The notes under the pieces: model-generated
Told to the model about the DNA's origin: nothing
Databases searched by the model: none
What the model saw: the letters and a program-made list of their open reading frames with translations, nothing else
In this document: positions 40,249-50,066 of the stretch, piece after piece
How the letters are laid out: each line of letters opens with the position of its first letter
Numbering within the stretch: position 1 is the first letter of the stretch
Translations under genes and position numbers: made by a program
From: Alphaproteobacteria bacterium
Lineage (GTDB): Bacteria > Pseudomonadota > Alphaproteobacteria > Bin95
Reading direction: 5' to 3'
DNA: 64,000 nt
NCBI GenBank assembly: GCA_963665325.3
Contig: CAXXWS020000003.1
Coordinates: forward strand, 832,001-896,000

Positions 40249-40632
40249 ATGTCGACTGGATTGGAGAAGATGGGGTCGGGGCAGGCGCGCCCGGCTCAGC
40301 CGCGCCGCCGCTGGAGCGAGGCTGAGAAGCGCCGGATCGTTTCGGAGACCTATCAGCCCGGGGTTTCGGTCTCGATCGTGGCGCGCCGCAACGACGTGAA
40401 CGCCAACCTGGTATTCACCTGGCGTCGTCAGTATCGCGAGCGGGGCGGTTTGGTGCCGGTGGTTGTCGAGCCGGATCGCATGCTTCCGCCGCCGACCGAT
40501 GCCGGCTCGGGCGCGGTACCGGCGCCGGGCCGGATGGAGATCGCGCTGGCGGACGGGTCTCGGGTGATTGTCGACCGTGAGGTGGACGGCAAGGCGCTGG
40601 GGCGGGTCCTTTCGGCCCTGGGGCGGCGATGA
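40249..40632 (+). CDS. tnpA: IS66 TnpA
   Basis: RRRWSEAEKRRIV..VARR..NLVFTWRRQ. Confidence 0.88.
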   Translation: MSTGLEKMGSGQARPAQPRRRWSEAEKRRIVSETYQPGVSVSIVARRNDVNANLVFTWRRQYRERGGLVPVVVEPDRMLPPPTDAGSGAVPAPGRMEIALADGSRVIVDREVDGKALGRVLSALGRR

Positions 40633-40976
40633 TCCCGGTTCCGGGCGGCGTCCGCGTCTGGCTGGCGACGGGGGTGACGGACATGCGGCGCGGCATGAAC
40701 ACGCTGGCGCTTCAGGTCCAGGAGGATCTCGGGCACGACCCGCACGCGGGCGATCTCTATGTGTTCCGGGGACGCAGAGGCGACCTGATCAAGATTTTAT
40801 GGCATGACGGGGTTGGGATCTCGCTCTACGCGAAGCGCCTTGAGCGCGGCCGGTTCCAGTGGCCTGTGACGTCGGGGGGCGCGGTGTCGATCGGCGCGGC
40901 GCAGCTCGGCTACCTGCTGGAAGGGATCGACTGGCGGAACCCGGTCCATACTTGGCGACCGTCACGGGCGGGCTGA
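40629..40976 (+). CDS. tnpB: IS66 accessory protein TnpB
   Basis: TDMRRG, FRGRRGDLIKILWHD, KRLERGRF. Confidence 0.92.
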   Translation: MIPVPGGVRVWLATGVTDMRRGMNTLALQVQEDLGHDPHAGDLYVFRGRRGDLIKILWHDGVGISLYAKRLERGRFQWPVTSGGAVSIGAAQLGYLLEGIDWRNPVHTWRPSRAG

Positions 40977-41047
40977 TCGGCGGCGAAGCGGCTCGCCCGT
41001 GAAGATTGTTGTAGCGGCGAATCGGGTGCTGTGATTCGATCCCGTCG

Positions 41048-42733
41048 ATGCCCGACGGGACCAACATTGCAGCCCTGAAGACGGCGCTTGCGGCGGCCGA
41101 GAGCAAGGCTTCCGAGGCGCAGGCCAAGGCCACCAGGGCCGAGACGAAGGCGACCGAGGCCGAGACGAAGGCGACCGAGGCCGAGGCACGGGCTGCCGTG
41201 GCGGCGGCGAAGGTGTCGGACGCGGAAGCCGAGATCGTCTTCCTGAAGCTGACGATCAAGAAGCTCCAGCGGGAGCTCTTCGGCACGCGCTCGGAGCGCA
41301 AGCAGCGTCTGCTCGACCAGCTCGAACTCCAGCTCGACGAGCTTGAGGCGAGCGCGACCGAGGACGAGCTGGCGGCCGAGCAGGCGGCGGCGGAGACCAC
41401 GCAGGTTCAGGGGTTCACCCGCCGCAGGCCGGCCCGCAAGCCGTTCCCCGCGCACCTTCCGCGCGAGCGGAAGGTGGTTCCGCCGCCGACATCCTGCGCG
41501 TGCTGCGGCTCGGAGAAGCTGTCGAAGATCGGCGAGGACATCACCGAGACGCTGGAGGTGATCCCGCGCCGCTGGAAGGTGATCCAGACGGTGCGCGAGA
41601 AGTTCACCTGCCGGGCTTGCGAGAAGATCAGCCAGCCGCCGGCGCCGTTCCACCCGACGCCGCGGGGCTGGGCCGGCCAGCACCTGCTGGCGATGATCCT
41701 GTTCGAGAAGTACGGGCAACATCAGCCGTTGAACCGCCAGCGCGATCGCTACGAACGCGAAGGCGTCGATCTCAGCCTGTCGACGCTGGCCGACCAGGTG
41801 GGCGCCTGCGCGTTTGCGCTGAAGCCCCTGCACGACCTGATCGAAGCCCATGTCATGGCGGCGGAGCGCCTGCATGGCGACGACACCCCGGTGCCCGTAT
41901 TGGCCAAGGGCAAGTGCGCCACCGGCCGGGCCTGGGTCTATGTGCGCGACGACCGGCCGTTCGGCGGGCCGGATCCGCCGGCGGCGCTGTTCCGCTACTC
42001 GCGGGACCGGTCCGGCGATCACCCGGTCGAACACCTGGAGAAGTTCGCCGGCATCCTCCAGGCGGACATCTACGCCGGCTACAACGCTCTCTATGTCGCC
42101 GGCCGATCGCCGGGGCCGATCACCGAGGCTGCGTGTTGGTCGCATAGTCGGCGCAAGTTCTTCGAGCTTGCCGACATCGCGGCGAGCGCGCGACGGGGCA
42201 AGAACGCGCCGCCGATCTCGCGGCTGGCGCTGGAGGCGTTGAAGCGGATCGACGTGCTGTTCGACATCGAGCGCGGGATCGTCGGCAAGTCCGCCGAACA
42301 TCGTCTTGCCGTACGCAAGGAACTCAGCGCGCCGGTGCTGGCCGACCTCAAGGACTGGATGGAGACCGAGCGCAGGAAGCTGTCGAAACATGCCCCGGTG
42401 GCCAAGGCGATGGACTACATGCTCAGGCGCTGGGCGCTGTTCGCCCGCTTCCTCGACGACGGCCGCATCTGCCTGACGAATAATGCCGCCGAGAGGGCGC
42501 TCAGGGGTATTGCCCTGGGAAGAAAGTCATGGCTGTTCTGCGGCTCGGATCGTGGCGGCGTGCGGGCCGCGGCGATGTACACGCTGATCGGCACCGCCAA
42601 GCTCAACAATATCGATCCGCAAGCCTGGCTCGCCGATGTCCTGGGCCGGATCGCGGAGATCCCGCAGAGCCGGCTCGACGAACTCCTCCCCTGGAACTGG
42701 GTCCCCGAGCAGAAGCTCGATCGAGCCGCGTAA
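41048..42733 (+). CDS. tnpC: IS66 transposase TnpC
   Basis: FGTRSER, HLPRE, LHGDDTP, CWSHSRRKF, TNNAAERALR; N-terminal AETKATE tandem repeat. Confidence 0.93.
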   Translation: MPDGTNIAALKTALAAAESKASEAQAKATRAETKATEAETKATEAEARAAVAAAKVSDAEAEIVFLKLTIKKLQRELFGTRSERKQRLLDQLELQLDELEASATEDELAAEQAAAETTQVQGFTRRRPARKPFPAHLPRERKVVPPPTSCACCGSEKLSKIGEDITETLEVIPRRWKVIQTVREKFTCRACEKISQPPAPFHPTPRGWAGQHLLAMILFEKYGQHQPLNRQRDRYEREGVDLSLSTLADQVGACAFALKPLHDLIEAHVMAAERLHGDDTPVPVLAKGKCATGRAWVYVRDDRPFGGPDPPAALFRYSRDRSGDHPVEHLEKFAGILQADIYAGYNALYVAGRSPGPITEAACWSHSRRKFFELADIAASARRGKNAPPISRLALEALKRIDVLFDIERGIVGKSAEHRLAVRKELSAPVLADLKDWMETERRKLSKHAPVAKAMDYMLRRWALFARFLDDGRICLTNNAAERALRGIALGRKSWLFCGSDRGGVRAAAMYTLIGTAKLNNIDPQAWLADVLGRIAEIPQSRLDELLPWNWVPEQKLDRAA

Positions 42734-43037
42734 GCCGGCTCCCGCGAAGGCGGCGGCCAGATCCCGCCCCGGAGCTTCATCGCCAGCATCACCCCGCCAC
42801 CAAACTCAGCCCGAAACACCCCGCGGTCTTCGGCGGATGCTTACTGACAATCACGGTTGGGTCGGAAAATCAGTTAGTCGAACAACGACATGGTGCCACT
42901 TAGCTTGATATTGGATGCAGACTTTCTTGCATTGCCACATCAATCTCAATCTTTTCAGTGTGATCGTTCAGCCGCGACCTGCACGCTAAGACGCTGCGGC
43001 GATAGCGGCGCAATATCCCGAGCCTGCGGAGACTACA

Positions 43038-43484
43038 ATGCTTACAGACGAGATGCACACCCTTATCAACCGGTTTTCCGCTGGCGCCGTCGCGACAGTG
43101 AACGCCGACGGCACGCCGACGGTCTCGCCCAAGGCCACGTTCGTGATTCTGGACGACCGCACGCTTGCCTTCGGTCACATCCGCTCGCCGGGAACGGTGG
43201 CAAACCTGCGCCGCAATCCTGCGATCGAGGTCTGCTTCACCGACGTCGTGACCCGCAGAGCGGTGCGGGTGACAGGCGTGGCCTCGATCGTTCGCCGGAG
43301 CGACGCCGATGCCGCGCTCGACCACGCCTTCAATGCCGCGTGGGGTCCGTACGTGCTCCACATGGGCGCCTACGTGCGGATCGCTGTCACGGCCGCCCAG
43401 ATGATCCTCTCGCCGGCCCACGATCTCGGCCTGACTGAGGACGAGCTGCGGAAGACCAACCTCGAAAAACTGAACACCTATTGA
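43038..43484 (+). CDS. Pyridoxamine 5'-phosphate oxidase-like FMN-binding protein
   Basis: VATVNADGTPTVSPK, TVANLRRNP. Confidence 0.85.
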   Translation: MLTDEMHTLINRFSAGAVATVNADGTPTVSPKATFVILDDRTLAFGHIRSPGTVANLRRNPAIEVCFTDVVTRRAVRVTGVASIVRRSDADAALDHAFNAAWGPYVLHMGAYVRIAVTAAQMILSPAHDLGLTEDELRKTNLEKLNTY

Positions 43485-43830
43485 TGGAACTTTCGGATAC
43501 GCCGATACCCGGTGTTACGTTCCCGATGTTCGTGCGTTTGTACACGCAGTCCCCACCTGTCATGGCCTCGGCTGCGGAGTATCGGAACATGCCGATGCCA
43601 TGGACCTACCGCCATTCATCAAAGGAATGGCGAGCCATACTGGATGACTTGGAGGCGATGAGGAACGGGCTGGATCGCGTTCCGGCACAGCCTGAAGCTC
43701 ATCCACGTTTCGCCGGATGGCGCGGCCGGCACTGCCCCGGGTCCAGCGGTCGAACATCGCGGTCCGGAACCGCAGAAATTCCCTGCCATGCAACTGAAAC
43801 TGACCGGCGCGACCCTTCGTCGGGAATTTC

Positions 43831-44682
43831 CTAAACCCAATTCGCTTCGCGCAGTGCCCGGGCGTAGCGGCGGCTGACCGGCACTTCGGCGCCGTTCGCC
43901 AGATGGGCCTGGGTCCGACCGGCGCGCCGCGAAACTTTCTCCAGGGCCCCGCGTGCGATCCAGTGCGAGCGGTGGACCTGCATCCCTTCGGTTTCGCCCA
44001 GCTCTTTCAGCGCGTCGCCGAAGCGCATGAGCACGAGATCCGACCCGCGGTCGGTGTAAATCTCGACATAATGGTCGCGCATCTGAAGATGCAGCAGCCG
44101 GCCGCGGCGTTCGGCCGGCAGCCGCTGTAGCAGCGGCAGCGTTCCGGTCAACGCGGCCGAATCCCCGTCCGCCGCCGGCAACTCCGAGACGGGCGTGCCG
44201 CCCGCCTGCCGCATCGGCAACTCGATGGTTCCCCAGACGATCAGGCCCATCGCCAGGTGGATCAGGGCGACGGCCAGGAACAATTCGCCGGTCCGCAGCG
44301 TCTCCGGTACGGCGTGGGCGAACAGCAGTTCGATGACCACGATCAGCAGCGTTCCCGGCACGGCGGCGGTCAGGCCTCCGACCAGGACGCAGGCGATGGC
44401 CGGCAGGCGGGCGCTGAGCCGCGCCACCGCCGGCAGGATGCAGGCCAGCGCGATCAGCCAGTTGCCGGCCATTGCAAGGGTCCAATAGGCCATCCGTTCG
44501 CTGAGCGGCATTTGGACATAGGTGCCGAACGGGCCGAGATAACCCAAGACCAGACTCGCAACGGCGAGCGAGGCCAGATTCCAGCGCATCCGCCGCCAGG
44601 TGAACCATTCGCGAAGCGCGAACGGCGCTTCCCGCTCCGTTCGCGAAGTTTCCGGCCCGTTTGCGAAGCCGCCATTGGTCAT
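43831..44682 (-). CDS. Membrane-anchored LytTR-family regulator (start uncertain)
   Basis: About four TM segments incl. GPFGTY; C-terminal DHYVEIYTDRG..LMRFGDA..QVHRSHW..VPVSRRY. Confidence 0.87.
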   Translation of the reverse strand: MTNGGFANGPETSRTEREAPFALREWFTWRRMRWNLASLAVASLVLGYLGPFGTYVQMPLSERMAYWTLAMAGNWLIALACILPAVARLSARLPAIACVLVGGLTAAVPGTLLIVVIELLFAHAVPETLRTGELFLAVALIHLAMGLIVWGTIELPMRQAGGTPVSELPAADGDSAALTGTLPLLQRLPAERRGRLLHLQMRDHYVEIYTDRGSDLVLMRFGDALKELGETEGMQVHRSHWIARGALEKVSRRAGRTQAHLANGAEVPVSRRYARALREANWV

Positions 44683-44744
44683 TGCCGTCCGCCGTGTATC
44701 TACCTCGGGCGCAAGATACGCAACTCGAACCGGAGTACCCAAGG

Positions 44745-45200
44745 ATGAATCAAAAATCGCGCTTTGCCGTCGCGGCGACCATCGCCGCTTCTCTCACGCT
44801 CGCTGCGCCCGCAATGGGCGACGCGGCCCAGGCGGCCGAACTGACGATTGCGGTAAGCGGCGTCGAATCGGTCAAGGGCCGCGTCTACATTGCCCTCCAT
44901 CGCGCTGCCGCCGGCGTGAAGTTCCCCGATGCGAAAGGCGAGGTCGCCGGTGTCTGGCGGAAGGCACAAAAGGGCGGTTTCTCCGTCACCTTCGCCGGGC
45001 TCGCGCCGGGCCGATACGCCGTCAACGGATTTCACGACGCCAACGGCGACGGCGAGCTCGGCACCAACCTGCTGGGCATTCCCACCGAAGGCTACGGCTT
45101 CGGCAACGGCGCGGCCGGAAGCTTCGGGCCGCCGGATTTCGAGGCTGCCAGCATTGCCGTGCAAGGCAAGGCCAGCGTCGATCTGCCGATCGGCTATTGA
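44745..45200 (+). CDS. DUF2141 family exported protein
   Basis: Signal peptide; PGRYAV..FHDANGDGEL..LGIPTEGYGFGN..FGPPDF. Confidence 0.87.
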   Translation: MNQKSRFAVAATIAASLTLAAPAMGDAAQAAELTIAVSGVESVKGRVYIALHRAAAGVKFPDAKGEVAGVWRKAQKGGFSVTFAGLAPGRYAVNGFHDANGDGELGTNLLGIPTEGYGFGNGAAGSFGPPDFEAASIAVQGKASVDLPIGY

Positions 45201-45233
45201 TTCCATCCGGCAGCCATAAAGGGACCCGATCCA

Positions 45234-46760
45234 ATGACCAACACGAACATTTCCCGACGCACGTTCCTCGCCGCCTCGGCGGCTTCGGGCCTGGCCGGTC
45301 TTGCGCCTTTCGCGCCGGCGCTTGCCGCGTCCGGCAGCAACTGGGGTGAAGCGTTCGCCGCCGCCTTGGAGCGGAACCCGATGCTGCTCGGCTGGAAAAC
45401 GTCGCCGGACCGGCTGGATAGCGCGTCGCTCGCCATAACGGGCACATGGCCCGCGGGGCTGAAAGGCCGCTTTTTCCGCAACGGGTCGTCGATCCACGAC
45501 CGGTTCGGCCGGCGCTACCGGCACTGGTTCGACGGTGACGGCATGATCCAGGAGTTCACCGTCGACGGCGGCCGGGGCCGGATCGCCCATCGCGGGCGCG
45601 TTGTCCGCACGCCGAAGCTCGAGCGGGAAGACGCGGCCGGCCGGCGACTCTACAACGGCTACGGCACCCATCTGCCGGACAGCGTGCCGCTGCGCGAGCC
45701 GGACGACATGAACGCCGCGAACATTTCCGTCCTCCACCACGGCGGGGAACTGCTGGCGCTGTGGGAAGGCGGCTCCGCGATGCGGCTGGAAGAGGCGACG
45801 CTGGCGGCGCGCGGCTTCAAGAGCTGGAGCCCGCAGCTGAGCGGCGTCCCCTTCTCGGCCCATCCGAAGGTCGATCCCGACGGCACCCTGTGGAACATCG
45901 GCTGCAGCCTGCTGCCGCGGCCGGCGCTCGTGCTCTATCATGTCGACCGCGCGGGCCGGCTGGTTAAGGCCGGACCGGTCGATGCCGGCCCGATCGGCCT
46001 GATCCACGATTTTGTCGTGACCCGGAAATCGCTGGTCATCCTGATCCAGCCCTTCCTGTTCGATCCCGAACGGGCGGAACGGGCCAGCGTGCTCGATGCC
46101 CATGTCTGGAACCCGCAGGCGGAAACCCGCGCCCTGGTGGTCGACAAGGCCGATTTCGGCAAGCGCCGCTGGCACGCTCTGCCGGCCTGTTTCGGTTTCC
46201 ACTACGGCAACGCCTGGGAAGAGGCCGACGGCACAATCCGGCTCGACCACTGCCTGGCAGACGATCCCGGTATCGTCACCGGGACGCTACGCTATGTGAT
46301 GAAAGGCGAGTTCCGACCCTGGGCGCCGCTGCGCTATGCGCAGATCGCTTTGCCGCCCAAAGGCGACGGCCGGATCGCCGGCCGCGGCGCGGAGGCGGAA
46401 TTTGCCAAGGTGGCGCCCGCCGTCGTCGGCCGGCGGCACCGCTATGTCTACATGCTGGGCGCTCCGGACAATCCGAGGGGCTGGCTCCGCATGGTGGTCA
46501 AGCGCGACCTGGAAGGCGGCAAGGCGGAGATTTTCGACTACGGCCCCGGCAAGATTCCGGAGGAGCATATCTTCGTTCCGAAACCGGGTGGCCAGCGCGA
46601 GGACGACGGCTGGCTGATCGGCACGGTGCTGGACTGGCAGAAGGGCGTGACCGGGCTGTCGGCGTTCGACGCGCGGGCGGTCTCGGCCGGCCCGGTCGCG
46701 CAGGCCTGGTTGCCGTATCCGCTGCCGCTGGGCTTCCACGGCACTTTCGTCAGGGGCTAG
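45234..46760 (+). CDS. Carotenoid/stilbene cleavage oxygenase (RPE65 family) with Tat signal
   Basis: SRRTFL twin-arginine motif; HWFDGDGM; four Fe-ligand His (FSAHP, IHDF, FHYGN, GFHG). Confidence 0.9.
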   Translation: MTNTNISRRTFLAASAASGLAGLAPFAPALAASGSNWGEAFAAALERNPMLLGWKTSPDRLDSASLAITGTWPAGLKGRFFRNGSSIHDRFGRRYRHWFDGDGMIQEFTVDGGRGRIAHRGRVVRTPKLEREDAAGRRLYNGYGTHLPDSVPLREPDDMNAANISVLHHGGELLALWEGGSAMRLEEATLAARGFKSWSPQLSGVPFSAHPKVDPDGTLWNIGCSLLPRPALVLYHVDRAGRLVKAGPVDAGPIGLIHDFVVTRKSLVILIQPFLFDPERAERASVLDAHVWNPQAETRALVVDKADFGKRRWHALPACFGFHYGNAWEEADGTIRLDHCLADDPGIVTGTLRYVMKGEFRPWAPLRYAQIALPPKGDGRIAGRGAEAEFAKVAPAVVGRRHRYVYMLGAPDNPRGWLRMVVKRDLEGGKAEIFDYGPGKIPEEHIFVPKPGGQREDDGWLIGTVLDWQKGVTGLSAFDARAVSAGPVAQAWLPYPLPLGFHGTFVRG

Positions 46761-46771
46761 GATCGGTCTTC

Positions 46772-47845
46772 ATGTATGGGCGGCAAGATAAATCGGGGAC
46801 CGGGCGCCGAATGCGTTTGACCGCGACGGACCGAAACACGCTTCGCACCCTCGCAATTGTCGTCGGGTGTTCGACGATCGGCGGCGCCGCATTCGGATCC
46901 GCCATGACCGGTTCGAATGTAATATTCGACCCCAGGCCGGCAATGATCGGATCGTATAACGGGTTTCTGATCAGCCTGATCATCGCCGGTTTCAAGTTGT
47001 ATTCGCGCAGCGGGGCGGCGCGATATTGGCTCAATCGCGCCCCGTTCCTCGTCAACGTCATTCTGTGGTCGGTATTCTATCTCGCGGTCTTTACGCTCGT
47101 GATTCAATCCAGCTTTCTTGTCGTGGGCGTCGAAATCGAAGGGTGGGGCTGGCAGGAGGCGAATTTCCTGATCGCCGTCGGGGCTTCGTTTGCCGCAAGT
47201 ATCGCCGGTAACGTCATTGTGCGATTCGGCCAGATGCTGGGGCGCGGTGTGCTCGTCAAGGTCCTCACCGGCTACTATTACCGCCCGCGCGAGGAAGAGC
47301 GGATTTTCCTGTTCATCGATCTCGTAGACTCGACGGCGACTGCCGAGCGAATCGGCCATGTCGCGTTCCACCGCCTGCTGAACGATGTCATTCTCGATGC
47401 CACCGAACCGATCCTCGCTTCGCAGGGCGAAATCCATAGCTATGTCGGCGACAAAATTATTGTGACATGGGCGCCTGAACGCGGCTTGAAGCAGGGAAAC
47501 TGCATGCACTGCGTCAACGATGTCCGTCGTGCGCTGGAAAGGCGAGGCGACGCTTACCGCAATACGTACGGCATCGCGCCGAAGTTCCGCGCTGCCCTTC
47601 ACATGGGACCGGTGGTGGCGGGCGAAATGGGGTTGGTGAAGCAAGCCATCGTATATCTCGGCGATACCGTGAATACGACAGCGCGCATCGAAGCTGCCTG
47701 CAAGGAGCTCGACGCGGACATTCTCATCTCCGCAGACGTTGCCGACCGCCTTGCCGGGGTCGCAGGATGCGATTTCGTCGACCTGGGACCGATCGAACTG
47801 CGCGGTCGATCCGAATCGGTAGGGCTCTATAGGCTGGCGGCGTAG
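46772..47845 (+). CDS. Membrane-bound class III adenylate/guanylate cyclase
   Basis: N-terminal TMs; FLFIDLVDST, YVGD, GDTVNTTARIE. Confidence 0.88.
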   Translation: MYGRQDKSGTGRRMRLTATDRNTLRTLAIVVGCSTIGGAAFGSAMTGSNVIFDPRPAMIGSYNGFLISLIIAGFKLYSRSGAARYWLNRAPFLVNVILWSVFYLAVFTLVIQSSFLVVGVEIEGWGWQEANFLIAVGASFAASIAGNVIVRFGQMLGRGVLVKVLTGYYYRPREEERIFLFIDLVDSTATAERIGHVAFHRLLNDVILDATEPILASQGEIHSYVGDKIIVTWAPERGLKQGNCMHCVNDVRRALERRGDAYRNTYGIAPKFRAALHMGPVVAGEMGLVKQAIVYLGDTVNTTARIEAACKELDADILISADVADRLAGVAGCDFVDLGPIELRGRSESVGLYRLAA

Positions 47846-48008
47846 TGGGAGTGCGCCAGATGCCGTAATGGGGCGTGGCACCAACCGGCACCGTCGGAGC
47901 GTGTTGCGATAGTGGCGAATCAGTTGTCGTTGCCCTTACACGCTCAGCGTGTCCACGGGGTCTTGCCGAAAGGCGCGCCCCAAATCCTGGAGAGGAAAGG
48001 GCAACGAC

Positions 48009-49049
48009 ATGGATGTCTATATCGGGCTGGATGTATCGCTGGCAAGCACGGCGATCTGTGTTCTTGGCGAGAAAGGAACGATCATCACGGAGGCGCAGGT
48101 CGCCAGCGCCCCCGACACGCTGGTGTGCTTCATGCGCAAGCTGCCGTTCGGGATCGCCGCGATCGGTCTCGAGGCCGGTCCCCTGTCACACTGGTTGCAC
48201 AAGGGACTGTCGGATGCCGGCTTCGAGACCGTGCTGATGGAGACCCGACGGGTGAAGGCGGCGCTGAAGGCGATGCCGATCAAGACGGACCGCCGGGATG
48301 CCGAGGGTATCGCACGGCTTTTGCAGTTGGGCTGGTTCCGGCCGGTGCACTGCAAGTCGATATCGGCGCAGGAGATGCGGGCGCTGCTGACTTCGCGCAA
48401 GGCGGTGCTGAACGCGCTCAAGAATCTGGAGCTCTCACTGCGCGGCGTGTTGCGCAACTTCGGCTTGAAACTGGGCGTGGTCTCGAAGGGCCGCTACGAA
48501 GCCCGTATCAGGGAATTGACTGACGGCAATGAGATGCTGGAGGCTGCGGCCGAACCGATGCTGCGCGCGCGGACGGCTCTGCGGCGCGAACTGGCCGGCC
48601 TGGAGAAGAGGGTCCGCGATCTGGCTTGGCAAGACCGGACATGCCGTTTGCTGATGACCATGCCTGGCGTCGGTCACGTCATTGCTCTGACCTTCACCTC
48701 CGCGATCGACGATCCTGAGCGGTTCCGGAGATCGAAGGATATAGGTCCTTGGGTGGGGTTGACGCCGGGACGGGATCAATCCGGCGAACGGGATATTGTC
48801 GGCAGAATCACGAAGGCCGGAGATGCAGGTCTACGCACGGCGCTCTACCAGGCCGCGACGGTGATGTTGAATCGCGCGAGGCCAAACTGGCTGAAAGCCT
48901 GGGCACTACGGGTGGCGAGGTTCCGCGGCAAGAAGCGCGCAACAGTTGCTCTGGCCCGGCGCATCGGCATCGTGCTTCACCGGATGTGGCGGGACGGCAC
49001 CGAGTTCCGCTTCACGCGCAAGGAAGCAATGGAGCTTCGAGCGGCATAG
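48009..49049 (+). CDS. IS110-family DEDD recombinase
   Basis: YIGLDVS, GLEAG, KTDRRDA, MPGVG, GLTP..QSG (catalytic Ser), ARR. Confidence 0.93.
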   Translation: MDVYIGLDVSLASTAICVLGEKGTIITEAQVASAPDTLVCFMRKLPFGIAAIGLEAGPLSHWLHKGLSDAGFETVLMETRRVKAALKAMPIKTDRRDAEGIARLLQLGWFRPVHCKSISAQEMRALLTSRKAVLNALKNLELSLRGVLRNFGLKLGVVSKGRYEARIRELTDGNEMLEAAAEPMLRARTALRRELAGLEKRVRDLAWQDRTCRLLMTMPGVGHVIALTFTSAIDDPERFRRSKDIGPWVGLTPGRDQSGERDIVGRITKAGDAGLRTALYQAATVMLNRARPNWLKAWALRVARFRGKKRATVALARRIGIVLHRMWRDGTEFRFTRKEAMELRAA

Positions 49050-49476
49050 GCGTGGCTGCTTGACACCGACAGTCTGCATCCAGAGGAGAAAAGAACCGCG
49101 CCCGTAGGCGGAAGGTCACCGGTGTCCCCTCGCCGGGACGCGGTTCCCGATGATGCACGTAGTTAGCCTCGTCTGCCGCATCGTCTCATCGCGGTCGAGC
49201 ACGCAAGTCAGATTGGCACTCGGGAACCGTACTGGACCAGGCATGAAGTTGGCGGCCGCCGCGCCGACCACGGACGGAAGCGAGAGCCTGGCGACGGACA
49301 CATCCGGGATCGTAAGCCCTTCCCAGGCGCCCAATCCTGAACCGGAAACATGGCGGGCTCATGTTGTCGACACTCCGGGACCACGGCTGAGCCCATGCCC
49401 CCTGCACGTAGTGAAGGCTCGCGAAAGGGATCCTGTCGCGACGATGGGTCGTGGGAAAATGGCGCTTGACGACAAC
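49050..49476 (+). ncRNA. Candidate bridge/seek RNA region of the IS1111-type element
   Basis: About 430-bp region between recombinase stop and right IR, where IS1111 elements encode their guide RNA; RNA boundaries not determined. Confidence 0.6.
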
Positions 49477-49523
49477 CGCCCCATTACGGAAGTCGCTATT
49501 TTGCTCGGGCGGTCGAAGTTTAT

Positions 49524-49910
49524 GTGGATCATACGCAAGATGCGGCGATATCCTATGCCAAGATGGGGAGGGTCGTTTTGTTCGGTTTTGTCGCGATGGA
49601 GTACCCACGTCGCTGGAAGGGTACGAAGTTGCACGTTCGACATGGACAATTTGGTCAACATGACATAGAGTTGCCGTCTGACGTTGGAGAATTCATCTTT
49701 GGACGTGCCCGATTGGCTGCGAAAAGTTACTCGCAGATTTCAGAACGACAACATGCAAGAATCCGGGAATCTTATGATCAGAATCTTGGTCGTGCATCTC
49801 AGAGTGAAACTCTCCGCGCCATGCATCACGATGTATCGATGTTTGGCAGGAATGCCTTTGAGGCTACGCAATCAGGCATTGATAGTCGCGCGGAGAAGGG
49901 GACACAGTAG
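49524..49910 (+). CDS. Hypothetical protein
   Basis: 128-aa lower-GC ORF without recognisable motif. Confidence 0.35.
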   Translation: MDHTQDAAISYAKMGRVVLFGFVAMEYPRRWKGTKLHVRHGQFGQHDIELPSDVGEFIFGRARLAAKSYSQISERQHARIRESYDQNLGRASQSETLRAMHHDVSMFGRNAFEATQSGIDSRAEKGTQ

Positions 49911-50066
49911 GTCGGCCGAGGAGCATTCGTAACACGCTGTAGAAACACCGATGATCTCAATGGCTGCCCGAAACCGGCCACAATCTTCGAACGGCACGAT
50001 CACCGGAATTAACGACCGATAACATGCACCGATCCGCTCCGGGTGTGTCCCACCGCCCGATGGAGA

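Larger units (their letters stand above)
40136..42844 (+). mobile_element. IS66-family element, complete
   Basis: Ends GTAAGC.../...GCTTAC; 8-bp TSD TGACAATC at 40128-40135 and 42845-42852; tnpABC. Confidence 0.93.
47856..49493 (+). mobile_element. IS110-family element, IS1111 subgroup (outer ends approximate)
   Basis: Perfect 13-bp subterminal IRs CCGTAATGGGGCG (47863-47875) / CGCCCCATTACGG (49477-49489); long 3' non-coding region. Confidence 0.85.

Noticed and set aside
40629-40976. RNA-guided TnpB nuclease
   Set aside because: IS66 TnpB is an unrelated 115-aa accessory protein with no RuvC domain
43481-43834. Functional gene after the FMN-binding protein
   Set aside because: No recognisable motif and the C-terminal half looks like read-through; not supported
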